64,000 nucleotides of DNA from an uncultured virus (IMG/VR IMGVR_UViG_3300029955_000003) (lineage: Duplodnaviria; Heunggongvirae; Uroviricota; Caudoviricetes): the IMG/VR virus record IMGVR_UViG_3300029955_000003. The stretch is one strand, 5' to 3'. The notes beneath the pieces were generated by a model. The model was given only the letters and a program-made list of their open reading frames with translations. It was not told the DNA's origin and ran no database searches. Numbering within the stretch: position 1 is the first letter of the stretch; the number at the start of each line of letters is the position of its first letter. Below are positions 47,304 through 57,190 of this stretch, piece after piece. The position numbers and the translations under genes were made by a program.

Positions 47304-49215
47304 ATTCCATATGAATGTCAACGTCAAAGTCTTCCTCATTACTATAACGGACAGTCGATACCTTATCAGTCAACTCAACAAACATAGATTCTGGAATTCT
47401 ATCCACAATATCCATACGGTGAGTGGCGATGAAAATATGCTTATTTTTACGTTTGGCAATATCTTCTAAAATTTCCAATACTTGTTCAGCACCGAGAGAG
47501 CAAATACCATTATCAATAAGCTCATCAACCATCAACAAATTGATGGAATCATGCATTATTTCAAATAAATCAATAAATGCAAGATTAAGAGCAATCGTGA
47601 CGCGCTGTCTTTGTCCCTTCGACAGATTGCCCCAATCAAACTCCATACCATCCTCAATGATTTCGATTGATAAATCGCCAGTTATAGCAATGTCGAATGG
47701 TAGTGATAGCCTATCCAAATAATGCTGAATTCGTGAGTTTAATCCCGATAACCATTTGTTGATAATGGCTTGACGAAGGAAGGATTCTTTATCCGTCAGT
47801 AATTCTATCAGCACATCATAATGGGCAATATCATCCTTAGTTTCCTTTATCGTAGTATCATCTAATTCCACTATTGCTTCATTTTCAAGCTTAACAATAG
47901 AACTGTTGAAAGGATTCTCACTATTCTTAAGTTGATCAGTCTCTTTCACATAGCTATTAACTAAAGAAGTCGTCTTAGATATTTCATCCAGAGAATCAAA
48001 CATAAGCCTTTCAAACTCATCGGAATTTATAGCAGTCATAATTTCTTTATTTTCTAAAAGTTTTTCATCTTTCAGTTTATTAAACTCCTGTACAACGGCT
48101 TGCGCTTCGGTAATAGCCCTATCAACTGTTTGTATATCACTATTACATTCTAAAACATGTGCCTCAAATTCTACAATTTTATCTTTGGCGGAAAGCCAAT
48201 GTTGGTTGCATGTCGGACATACCGACTTTTTTAGGGACGCAATATCTGTTTCAAACTTCTGTTTTTCACGCTTCAAAGAATCGAGTTCCCGGCGTTTGCT
48301 GTTCAATTCGGTTGTTTTGCCCTGAAGCTCCAAGGATATTTCACGCTGTTGTTGTTTATTCTCTACAGATAGTTCATTCAACGCTCCTAATTTTTCAATG
48401 AGGTCCGCTTGCTCTTCCAAGTTCACGGTTGACAACAATTCAATCTGTTCCGAAAGCTCTTTTATTTTAATATCAGTGCTATCTCTCCACTGATTTGACT
48501 TCTTAATCATATCATTAATTTGTAATGTTATCCGCTCATTCGCCTTTTTATTGGTTTCAAACTCAGTCGTTAGCGCCACTAAATTTGACTTTAAAGCCTT
48601 GCGTTCCTCACCAAGAGTTTTCGCGCGTTCAGAAAGCACAGAGAAACCAAACATTCTCTCCATGACATCTTTTCTGGTCGGTCCATCCATGTTCATGAAA
48701 GACTGTGTTTCAGAACCATTGACCACTAAGAACTGTAACATAACATAGTCGAAGCCAACTATTTCTTCTATATCTTCGGTTGTTTGGGGTTTAGAACGGG
48801 ACCTATCAAAGATAGATTTCCCATCTACGCGGGTTTTAAAATCACGATCATCCTCCATCGGCTTGGCAAATAACCGTAAAATAGACGGTTTTTCCCCGCG
48901 CTCTATAAGATAATGTATATTATTTTTCCTGATTGTAAGGGATACGACCATTGCCTCGTTTCGCTTGATCCATTTATGAATCAATTTCTGATTAGATACC
49001 CCGCCCTGACGCAAGCTTTTTCCAAATAACACATAAGCTAGCGAGTCCATAATACTGGATTTTCCAGAACCGTTCCTGCTCTCTTCACCACCCATGTCAT
49101 AGTTAACCCCAATGATCGCAGTTATTGAAGAACCGCCCAATGATATCGTGGTTGTGTCATTAGCGAATGACATAAAGTTTCGCAGGGTTAATTGGTCAAA
49201 TTCTAAATGAGACAT
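47302..49215 (-). CDS. sbcC: Recombination ATPase, Rad50/SbcC (T4 gp46-like)
   Basis: NGSGKSS Walker A, CPTC hook, LSKGQ signature, 'LLMVDE' Walker B, coiled coils. Confidence 0.92.
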   Translation of the reverse strand: MSHLEFDQLTLRNFMSFANDTTTISLGGSSITAIIGVNYDMGGEESRNGSGKSSIMDSLAYVLFGKSLRQGGVSNQKLIHKWIKRNEAMVVSLTIRKNNIHYLIERGEKPSILRLFAKPMEDDRDFKTRVDGKSIFDRSRSKPQTTEDIEEIVGFDYVMLQFLVVNGSETQSFMNMDGPTRKDVMERMFGFSVLSERAKTLGEERKALKSNLVALTTEFETNKKANERITLQINDMIKKSNQWRDSTDIKIKELSEQIELLSTVNLEEQADLIEKLGALNELSVENKQQQREISLELQGKTTELNSKRRELDSLKREKQKFETDIASLKKSVCPTCNQHWLSAKDKIVEFEAHVLECNSDIQTVDRAITEAQAVVQEFNKLKDEKLLENKEIMTAINSDEFERLMFDSLDEISKTTSLVNSYVKETDQLKNSENPFNSSIVKLENEAIVELDDTTIKETKDDIAHYDVLIELLTDKESFLRQAIINKWLSGLNSRIQHYLDRLSLPFDIAITGDLSIEIIEDGMEFDWGNLSKGQRQRVTIALNLAFIDLFEIMHDSINLLMVDELIDNGICSLGAEQVLEILEDIAKRKNKHIFIATHRMDIVDRIPESMFVELTDKVSTVRYSNEEDFDVDIHME

Positions 49216-50250
49216 TTATTTTTGGTTTCCTTTGAATATGGATAATAATTTTTGTGGTCTAATCGCCGTGTTCCGCACATCAAAGCGCGCAAGATTTTCT
49301 TCTACCATCTCTTCTATCGATTGATTTTCCATAGTTTCAGTAACTAACTTATTAACAACCGTTTCAGACTTAATATTTCTTATATGTATTTGTCTAAAAA
49401 ATTCTGATAATTCTGTTTTCATTCCTTGAATTTCTTCTAGGGAAAGGTCAATATCATTGAGAATTTCTATCGTTGTGTTATTTCCGTGGGTGAATACAGA
49501 ATCATCTAATAATGACAGATTGGTTCTGATGAACTTCGGTCCTACATCATAATTTAAAAATTGCGGCTGCCCACCCCATTCGAGGATCATACACCCTTTT
49601 TCAAAATCATTGACATCATTCATATCAAGCCCGAATCCGTTGCCTATGTAACATACAGATACGTTATGCTTGTTAACTTTTAATTGGCGCTTATGAAAGT
49701 GTCCAGAAAAAACATAGTCTTGATATAAGAAGTGGTCAGCGTGTAATCCGCCATGATCTTCCATCTCCTTAACTTGGTTAGTTAAGAATAATGGCAACTC
49801 CAGATGTCCAAATATATATTTGGACTGTATCTCTGGAATTCTGACAAATTCCTCTCCTACTAAAAATGGTAAAAACGAGATTCCATCAATAGTCGTTATT
49901 TCGTTGATAAGATTAATATCAGGATCGTCATTAATATGGTCCAACGAATGGACAGTGCGGTTGCGCTTAAAAAATAGATCATGATTACCTACCAACACGT
50001 AAATCGGAACTTTAAGTTTCTTAAGCTTCCTTAGCGCGGTATTAGCATACCACTGTGTGTCTATACGAATTCTTACCTGATTGTCAAACCAATCACCAAG
50101 AAAGAATATTTTATCGCATTTATGTTCTAATACCTGTTCACAAAACCAGTCAATGTATTGTAAGCAATCATCGTTATGAACCTCGGAGTCGCCGCGCCGC
50201 CCCCAATGAATATCAGAAAAACATGCCACTTTTTTAAAGAAATTTCCCAT
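49216..50250 (-). CDS. sbcD: Recombination nuclease, Mre11/SbcD (T4 gp47-like)
   Basis: SDIHWG, GDWFD, GNHD, GHLE, SGHFH phosphoesterase motifs. Confidence 0.92.
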   Translation of the reverse strand: MGNFFKKVACFSDIHWGRRGDSEVHNDDCLQYIDWFCEQVLEHKCDKIFFLGDWFDNQVRIRIDTQWYANTALRKLKKLKVPIYVLVGNHDLFFKRNRTVHSLDHINDDPDINLINEITTIDGISFLPFLVGEEFVRIPEIQSKYIFGHLELPLFLTNQVKEMEDHGGLHADHFLYQDYVFSGHFHKRQLKVNKHNVSVCYIGNGFGLDMNDVNDFEKGCMILEWGGQPQFLNYDVGPKFIRTNLSLLDDSVFTHGNNTTIEILNDIDLSLEEIQGMKTELSEFFRQIHIRNIKSETVVNKLVTETMENQSIEEMVEENLARFDVRNTAIRPQKLLSIFKGNQK

Positions 50251-50299
50251 ATCGATTCATATATGGGAAATGTGCTAAATTGGAAGGGATTATAAGTTA

Positions 50300-50815
50300 T
50301 TAAATTTTGGGCAAATATTCTATCCGCTCTCTTTTCTTATTTCGACGGCGGATCAATGGGTCGGACGGTATTCTTTTCGTTCCGTCCAAATGAGCATCAT
50401 TCTCTTCATTTTGGCGGGTCCATGATGGTTCCATATCACCAACCGAGAATTCAATCAAGTCGTCTTTAATTCTCGATTGCTTTTTCTCATTATTGATATA
50501 GTTAACAAAACTACGAGTGATACACTGGGTATAATAACCGAAAGGATTAATTGATTTTGTTTCGTCAAATTTTAAAGCGATCTGGCATAAAGACGCAACG
50601 GCGTCTGCTTTCATATCCTCAATCCAAGAATACCCACGCCAATTAAACTTTTGTGCATACTTTTCAGTTAACAACACTATTGAATTGACTAAGCCGGGAG
50701 TTAAACATTCCGAGAGTAATCGTTCTGGATAATTTTTAACGTTTTCCTTACTCTTAGATATCTCTTTTAACAAAAATTCATTTTTTAAATAATCTTTACT
50801 TTTTAATTTAATCAT
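50300..50815 (-). CDS. Late sigma factor, T4 gp55-like
   Basis: 'YLKNE', 'NWRGYSWIEDMKADA', 'FDETKSINPFGYYTQ....F...I..EKKQ'; syntenic with gp47-gp46 as in T4. Confidence 0.85.
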   Translation of the reverse strand: MIKLKSKDYLKNEFLLKEISKSKENVKNYPERLLSECLTPGLVNSIVLLTEKYAQKFNWRGYSWIEDMKADAVASLCQIALKFDETKSINPFGYYTQCITRSFVNYINNEKKQSRIKDDLIEFSVGDMEPSWTRQNEENDAHLDGTKRIPSDPLIRRRNKKRERIEYLPKI

Positions 50816-50905
50816 TAATAAATCCCTTTATTAAAATTTATATAAGTTTATATTCAATAAAAATCAATATTTAAAACCTTAAATAATTCTAAGAGGGTAA
50901 TATTA

Positions 50906-51943
50906 ATGAGTTTTTTAGGGGATTTATCTACATTTATCGGTGCAGTGTCATCTGCTAATACAGCTTATCAGAATACCAACATCATTAACAACATACTTTC
51001 AACCGTTAATACCAACACCTTGGCATCTGGTTTAAATAATGTCGCTCCAACATCAACGCAACTTTCTTCAACAACTAATTCTTCAGCACTTGAAAATAAT
51101 ACCCCAAAATTAATACCATTTGATGTTCTTCCGACTACCGGTCCATTAGCTGTTATTCAACAGACAGGCGGTTTAATTTTCCCATACACCCCACAAATTT
51201 CAGAAACAGTATCTATCCAATATAAAGGTTATGATTTAACGCACTCTAATGAAAGTTATAATTCTTACGTAAAAACAGACAATGCTATCATAAGTCTTGG
51301 TGAGCTAACATGGACTGCCGATACCCAAGAAAATGCTCTTTATCTATTAGGAGTAATTCATTTTTTTAGATCATATTCATTAATGGATTTTGGACGCAAT
51401 AAGAGCGGAAAACCACCGTCGCCTATGTGGTTTACTGCTTATGGTTCAAGTCTGTATAGCAAAGTTCCAGTATTATTAGAAGGATATGATTTTGTATTAC
51501 CCCCAAATGTAGATTATGTGCCCGTAACTGATGCGATGGGCGGCGTGAATTGGGTGCCAATGAAGTTTACTATATCTGGAATAAAATTAAGGGTTCAACA
51601 TGCTCCAAATTATTGGTTAGGGACTTTTGATTTAGCTCAATTTAAATTAGGGAAAATAAGTTTTTCAACACCCACTGCTGGTGCTACTTCCACTAGCGGA
51701 GCCACTAATGCTATTGGAACGGCGGCGCAGGCATTATCGGGGTCTGCAACTGCTTCTCCTGCGGTTACTCCAACAACATCGACGACTGGACCATCGACGA
51801 CTGGACCATCCCCGACATTGGCTCCCACAGGTAGTGGGTTAAATCCACAAACAGGATTTGGGCAAGCATTTCCGCTTGTTTCACCAGCACCTACAGAAAC
51901 TCTACCAGTAACAAGCGGTAAATCCGTTTCTGAGTTTGATTAA
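50906..51943 (+). CDS. Baseplate/tail-tube-initiator-like structural protein
   Basis: 'GLIFPYTPQI...YDLTHSN' motif; first gene of a late block ahead of a gp53-like gene. Confidence 0.55.
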   Translation: MSFLGDLSTFIGAVSSANTAYQNTNIINNILSTVNTNTLASGLNNVAPTSTQLSSTTNSSALENNTPKLIPFDVLPTTGPLAVIQQTGGLIFPYTPQISETVSIQYKGYDLTHSNESYNSYVKTDNAIISLGELTWTADTQENALYLLGVIHFFRSYSLMDFGRNKSGKPPSPMWFTAYGSSLYSKVPVLLEGYDFVLPPNVDYVPVTDAMGGVNWVPMKFTISGIKLRVQHAPNYWLGTFDLAQFKLGKISFSTPTAGATSTSGATNAIGTAAQALSGSATASPAVTPTTSTTGPSTTGPSPTLAPTGSGLNPQTGFGQAFPLVSPAPTETLPVTSGKSVSEFD

Positions 51944-52289
51944 AGGAAAATATAAATTGACAACAATCACTCCTTCGGTAGCCCCAGTTATATTCAGTCC
52001 TATAAGCTATAAAATTAGCGATCCGTGGTATTATACTCCTGTACTATTAGATAGGTATCTTGATATATATATTAATAGAACCATACCCCCTTCCTCTGAT
52101 GATAAAGTGTTTCTTATAACAGAGGTGAGTTATGTGAATCGCCCAGACACTTTAGCAAATGATATATATGGAGATAGATCGTGGTGGTGGGTTTTTGGAG
52201 TCCGTAACGGATTAGAAGACCCAATTTTTGACCTAAAATTAGGAACATTATTAATCGTACCATCACTAACAGTTATAAACGGGATATAA
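51936..52289 (+). CDS. Baseplate wedge gp53-like (LysM-like)
   Basis: 'RPDTLANDIYGDRSWWWVF..RNGLEDPIFDL..G..L.VP'. Confidence 0.8.
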   Translation: MIKGKYKLTTITPSVAPVIFSPISYKISDPWYYTPVLLDRYLDIYINRTIPPSSDDKVFLITEVSYVNRPDTLANDIYGDRSWWWVFGVRNGLEDPIFDLKLGTLLIVPSLTVINGI

Positions 52290-52290
52290 A

Positions 52291-55026
52291 ATGGTTTCGA
52301 GTAATATATACGCAATTGCAAGCACTATCCAAGGTGAAGCAGGGAGTCCATCAGGACAATTTGGTGTTGCATCCGTAATTTATAATAGGATGCAAACAGA
52401 TGGATTTCCGTCTGACGCGTATGGGGTTGTCTCACAATCGGGGCAATTTGAAGGTTTCGGTACAGGACAAACCCCAAATGATAATGCCATTGCGCTAGCA
52501 ACAGCATTAGACGCCGGGCAACCGCCTCCGGGTGGTAACACAGGTAATGCAGTTAATTTCGTGGGGCTAGCCAATAGTTCTTATGGTGGCGTTAATGGCG
52601 CGTCTGGACCATCCACAGCGGCGATGATTAGTAATGGCACTAATATCGGTGGTAATTATTTTTCGGATAACTTCGGCGCACCAACAGCCGGATTCGTTGC
52701 TCCCCAATATGCTGGTGGTAACGTGGCAGGAACATCAGGCACGACAGCGGCTAATAAAACATCAACCGGTGGTGGTGGAAGCGGATCGCCAACATCTGCA
52801 TCGGCAGCATCCCCATCTTCTTCCGCTTCGGGAAGCGGTGGTAGTGGTGGTACCACTTATATTCCGTCTAAAGCAGCTACAATATGTCAGGGGTCAGCAG
52901 AAAATCCATTAAATCCTTATATATTAACCCAATATTATATAACGTTTGGTATGTTGCCGCTTAATAGTAAAACTTCAGGAGCCAGCACTGTTGGTAATAA
53001 TTCTGGCAACACTTCAGCGAATGCCGCTGGCACGTCCTCAATAGCGGCAGCGTCCACAGCGGCGTCCACGACTATTAAATCAACATCTAGTAATAATTAT
53101 GTCTTAGCCTCGACTGGCGGTATAAATGATAGTACACAAAAAGCATCCTATTATAATATTGTAAAACTCGCTGTTGATACAATATTGACCCCTACCGAAG
53201 GGAACCCAGTCGTAAGTCAGCAAGTTAAGATGCGGCTAACCATTCAAGAACCTTGTGGTTTCAATTTCATTGAAGATGTCATCGCAATGGGAAAAAAATG
53301 TGGTTATCAAACAGCCGGACTTGGGGTCATAGATTATTTTGTAAGAATTAATTTCGGCGGGTATGATCCAAACTCCGGGAAATGGGTTTATCCAATACCC
53401 TTTATCGCTAACAAAAACATAACACAGGTTGAATATGCAGTTGCTGTGGCTAATGTTCAAGCACAAACAAATGCCGAAGGTACCTTATACGACTTTGATT
53501 TGGTTTTTGCTGATCATTACAGTTATATAATGCGCGAAATGATAATAATGCCTACAACCTTAGCAAATTTAAAAACAAATTCTTTTGGTGATTTTTGTGA
53601 TGGATTAGCGACAGCATTGACAAATGATAAAAAACAAAGAACTGATAATAATATTAGAAGAAAGTATGTTTTCAAATATCCAAAAGAACTTGGTCAATCA
53701 CCATTTAATGGTAGTGGATTTCAGGAAGCTTTACAATCGGAGGGTGCGCAAGGTGGGGCACCGTCAAATTTACCAACAGGAAAAACAGATGTATTAAAAA
53801 TAATAAAAATGGCTTTAGCCAACGTAAAATATTCTCAAGATAAGTTTTTATATCCAACCGGGTCATATGATCCTAACTTCACTACCCCGTTAACGGATTA
53901 TACTATAAGATTTATATATGATAGAGGTACTTTTGATACTAAATTACAAACATGGAATGATAATACTGTTACATATATTGTTGAACCATTTACCAGTTAT
54001 TCGAAATATTCTTTAAAAGTGGGAGACATTGGAACTTACGTCAGCCCTAACAATCAGTTAAAGCGTATGCAAGATATTAAAAAACGTGGTATGTGGGTTC
54101 GCACTTATAACTATTTATTCACTGGACAAAATTCCGAGGTGCTAAATTATGATGCTGTCTTATCAGCATTCTATAATACTGCATTGAATACATTTATTCG
54201 CGGTGGGAATGGTGGAGATACCAAACCGGTTGCAGCACACGGACTTACTTCCGGCGCACAGAGCGCGATACCACCGATTAATAATAATGGCTCTACTGGA
54301 TTACTAAGTTCGATGTTTGGATTATCCGCGACAACAAGTGGTGCTATACAGTCGATCATTAGCGCTGCTTCTGGTTCATCTTCTTCTGGCGGCGCAGTGT
54401 CTGGTACTGACCTAACAGCAGGATCAAGATTTCAAGGAGGTATGGATGAGAATTATCCATATGATGCGCAAAAGCTAAACGCTGGTAGTGCGTCTGATGG
54501 AGCCTCATCCAAGCGTGATCATTTTGCTTACGAAATCGCTAAAACCGACTATCTAAGAAACGATTTATTAGAATTAAATAATTTTGAAGTTAAAGGTGAC
54601 CCCATCTGGTTATTAAGCGCTTATGGTTCAGATGATATTGACCAATCAGGAGGACTCAAAGTAGGTGCAACGCCTGTCGAACGCCTTGGTAGAGTGATAT
54701 TAATTAATATTTTTACTCCAAATCAGAGTAATTATATGAATGCACAATTTATTCAGAGTGGTAAAACAGACACACGTAATGGTGCTTATCTAGGTGGTTT
54801 CTTTGAGGTGATTGTTGTTAGAAACACATTTGCCAATGGGCAATTCACCCAGAGTTTACAAGGGGTAAAACTAAATCATATGGATTATATTAATACCCTT
54901 GCATCGCAGTCTGGAACCAGTCCTACTTCATTTATGCAATCCGTTAACAATCAAGCTAGTGCTACTAATCAAACACAACAGCAAGTTCCAACATTTGGGG
55001 CACCTTTGCCCACTACGACTAGGTAA
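52291..55026 (+). CDS. Baseplate hub-like protein with N-terminal SleB/Hydrolase_2 cell-wall hydrolase domain
   Basis: 'IASTIQGEAG...GVASVIYNR....FP.....VV.Q.GQF'; C-terminal 'VKGDPIWL...F.V..V.NTF.NGQFTQSL' hub motif. Confidence 0.7.
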   Translation: MVSSNIYAIASTIQGEAGSPSGQFGVASVIYNRMQTDGFPSDAYGVVSQSGQFEGFGTGQTPNDNAIALATALDAGQPPPGGNTGNAVNFVGLANSSYGGVNGASGPSTAAMISNGTNIGGNYFSDNFGAPTAGFVAPQYAGGNVAGTSGTTAANKTSTGGGGSGSPTSASAASPSSSASGSGGSGGTTYIPSKAATICQGSAENPLNPYILTQYYITFGMLPLNSKTSGASTVGNNSGNTSANAAGTSSIAAASTAASTTIKSTSSNNYVLASTGGINDSTQKASYYNIVKLAVDTILTPTEGNPVVSQQVKMRLTIQEPCGFNFIEDVIAMGKKCGYQTAGLGVIDYFVRINFGGYDPNSGKWVYPIPFIANKNITQVEYAVAVANVQAQTNAEGTLYDFDLVFADHYSYIMREMIIMPTTLANLKTNSFGDFCDGLATALTNDKKQRTDNNIRRKYVFKYPKELGQSPFNGSGFQEALQSEGAQGGAPSNLPTGKTDVLKIIKMALANVKYSQDKFLYPTGSYDPNFTTPLTDYTIRFIYDRGTFDTKLQTWNDNTVTYIVEPFTSYSKYSLKVGDIGTYVSPNNQLKRMQDIKKRGMWVRTYNYLFTGQNSEVLNYDAVLSAFYNTALNTFIRGGNGGDTKPVAAHGLTSGAQSAIPPINNNGSTGLLSSMFGLSATTSGAIQSIISAASGSSSSGGAVSGTDLTAGSRFQGGMDENYPYDAQKLNAGSASDGASSKRDHFAYEIAKTDYLRNDLLELNNFEVKGDPIWLLSAYGSDDIDQSGGLKVGATPVERLGRVILINIFTPNQSNYMNAQFIQSGKTDTRNGAYLGGFFEVIVVRNTFANGQFTQSLQGVKLNHMDYINTLASQSGTSPTSFMQSVNNQASATNQTQQQVPTFGAPLPTTTR

Positions 55027-55036
55027 GTAACATATA

Positions 55037-57163
55037 ATGAGTGAATTTAGAACAGACGGGTATTCCGAAAAAGGACACGACCATTTTTATGGCAAAGTTG
55101 CCGGAAATGCAACTAAAAATTCCTTTCATGGCGTCCATATGGGTTATGTAGTAGACGATAGTCGTGAACAGGTTTGGGTTTATATTCCAGCACTTTCGGC
55201 ATTAGTCACTGACCCTACTAAAATTTTTACTTTTCAAGGAACCGCCCCTGATCGCCAAACATCCGATGGGTCACCACAACAAGCAAATAGACCCGGATGG
55301 CATCCTGTCACGATAGGACAAGCTAGTGGTGGTGACGATAGCCATAATACCGGTCAAAGTATTGATGGTAGAGATTCACATAGTGGCGAAACCGTAGGCT
55401 CTGGTGATATTGGTGCCGCGCCCAGAAATGGACATGTGGTAAGTGTGGTGTTTACTGGGGGCGATCCCCGTAAAGGTGTTATAACTGGGGCAGTTCCTCC
55501 ACCGGGGGCAGGCGTAACTGTTCCTCACGGAGGAAGCGCAGCTAAATCCACCTTAACCGGAAAGGCTAAAAGTCCTTTTACTGATAAAACATCATCAGAT
55601 GCGTGTTTGCCATACACCGAGAAACGTCCGTCGAAAGACGATCCGGGAGGTACAAAACGCGGTATTAACGTCCCTCATGCGAACCATATTATTAAATCAG
55701 GAACTGCTAAAGATATTCATCGTGGCGGGATGGGCGCTCATGCTAAACGGGAATTCCCTTCTCTTGTTCGCGGGCAAAAATCAAATGGGTGGAATTATTC
55801 TCGCGATCAGAATAATAAGGACGCAACTGGGCAGCAATGGAAAAATCGTGGGTCTAACGTTAGAAGACATATTAATAATGGTCACCACCTTACTATGGAC
55901 GATAGTCCAGATAGTTCTGGCGTTATTTTAAAGTCTGGGCATAATGCCGGATTAGTTATAAATGATAGTGCCGCCAACCCATTTATACATTTACAAACAG
56001 GTAATGGTAAAACATATATCTCGATGGATAGTCAAGGTAAACTTGAAATATATGGAAAAGCTGGTATGAGCATTCACACGGAAAATGACTTGAACTTTTC
56101 TTCTGATGGTGATGTTAATTTTCAGGCTGGTAAAGAATTAAACTTGTTAGCAAATGGTATTAATTTAACATCTAATAAAGATTATAATGTTGCTGTCAAT
56201 GGTGACTATAGTGCAGTTTATGCACAAGCTTCTAATGTCAATGTTTTAGGTGATGATAAAAAAGAAGTTAAAGGTAATTATAATCTTCTTATGAAGAATG
56301 GTGCTATAAGCTCAAAACAAAATTATGATATTACCACTAAAACACGAGTTGCTTTAAAATCAGATATGGTATCTATCCAAGCTTCAACATTTGCTGTTGA
56401 TACCACTGGAAGTATATTATTGAATTGTGGTTCTTCCGTTGAGCCAGCCGCGCCGAGCGCGCCAACTTTTGCCAAATTTAAAAAAGTTTCTGAAAAATCA
56501 AATGCTCCTGCCAAAACTGATATTTTACAAGGGAATCCTCCAAACCAAAAAAGTAAAATGTTACCATCGCGCGTCCCACAGCACCAACCAGACCCAAATT
56601 CTCCTAATAATTCCGTGACACCGGGTACTAATGGTGGAGTCGCTCCACAACAACAAGGAACTGGAAATGGTTCAACAGCGGCGGGTGCTAATTCTTCGGC
56701 AACACAAGCAGCGCCATCTACTACCCCCTCTACCAGTGATGGTGGTGCGAGTAATAGTAATTATATACAATCCTCTACTGTTAACTCCGCTGATTCTGCA
56801 CAACAAGCAATAGATAATTCTAAAACTGGGTGGATTAATGCGTCAACTGATCCGGGTTCTGATCAATGTGTGAGCTTGGTAAAAGCGCTCGCTCCCGTGG
56901 GTCCCACTTCAAGCTGGACACAAGGTGACCAAGTTATGGGTAATCAAAGCATACAGCCGGGTACAGCTATCGCTACCTTTAATTCTAACGGTGATTACAC
57001 TAACACCTACGGCTCTTCACATGCCGCAATATATCTGGGACAAGATGCTAATGGTATACAAGTATTAGATCAATCAGTCTATGTTCCTGCTACAATTAGA
57101 ACTATACCATTTTCGAAAGCTGGTCCAGAGGGCGGTTCACAATTTTATACTATCTCCAATTGA
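55037..57163 (+). CDS. Baseplate central spike (gp5/VgrG-like) with C-terminal BPSL0067/Tae-like Cys-His amidase
   Basis: OB-fold-like N-terminus, 'GHHLTMDD' and beta-helix repeats, then 'QCVSLVK...WTQG...PGTAIATF...HAAIYLGQ...VLDQ'. Confidence 0.75.
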   Translation: MSEFRTDGYSEKGHDHFYGKVAGNATKNSFHGVHMGYVVDDSREQVWVYIPALSALVTDPTKIFTFQGTAPDRQTSDGSPQQANRPGWHPVTIGQASGGDDSHNTGQSIDGRDSHSGETVGSGDIGAAPRNGHVVSVVFTGGDPRKGVITGAVPPPGAGVTVPHGGSAAKSTLTGKAKSPFTDKTSSDACLPYTEKRPSKDDPGGTKRGINVPHANHIIKSGTAKDIHRGGMGAHAKREFPSLVRGQKSNGWNYSRDQNNKDATGQQWKNRGSNVRRHINNGHHLTMDDSPDSSGVILKSGHNAGLVINDSAANPFIHLQTGNGKTYISMDSQGKLEIYGKAGMSIHTENDLNFSSDGDVNFQAGKELNLLANGINLTSNKDYNVAVNGDYSAVYAQASNVNVLGDDKKEVKGNYNLLMKNGAISSKQNYDITTKTRVALKSDMVSIQASTFAVDTTGSILLNCGSSVEPAAPSAPTFAKFKKVSEKSNAPAKTDILQGNPPNQKSKMLPSRVPQHQPDPNSPNNSVTPGTNGGVAPQQQGTGNGSTAAGANSSATQAAPSTTPSTSDGGASNSNYIQSSTVNSADSAQQAIDNSKTGWINASTDPGSDQCVSLVKALAPVGPTSSWTQGDQVMGNQSIQPGTAIATFNSNGDYTNTYGSSHAAIYLGQDANGIQVLDQSVYVPATIRTIPFSKAGPEGGSQFYTISN

Positions 57164-57190
57164 TAAAAAACAAGGTTATAAATATCTTTC

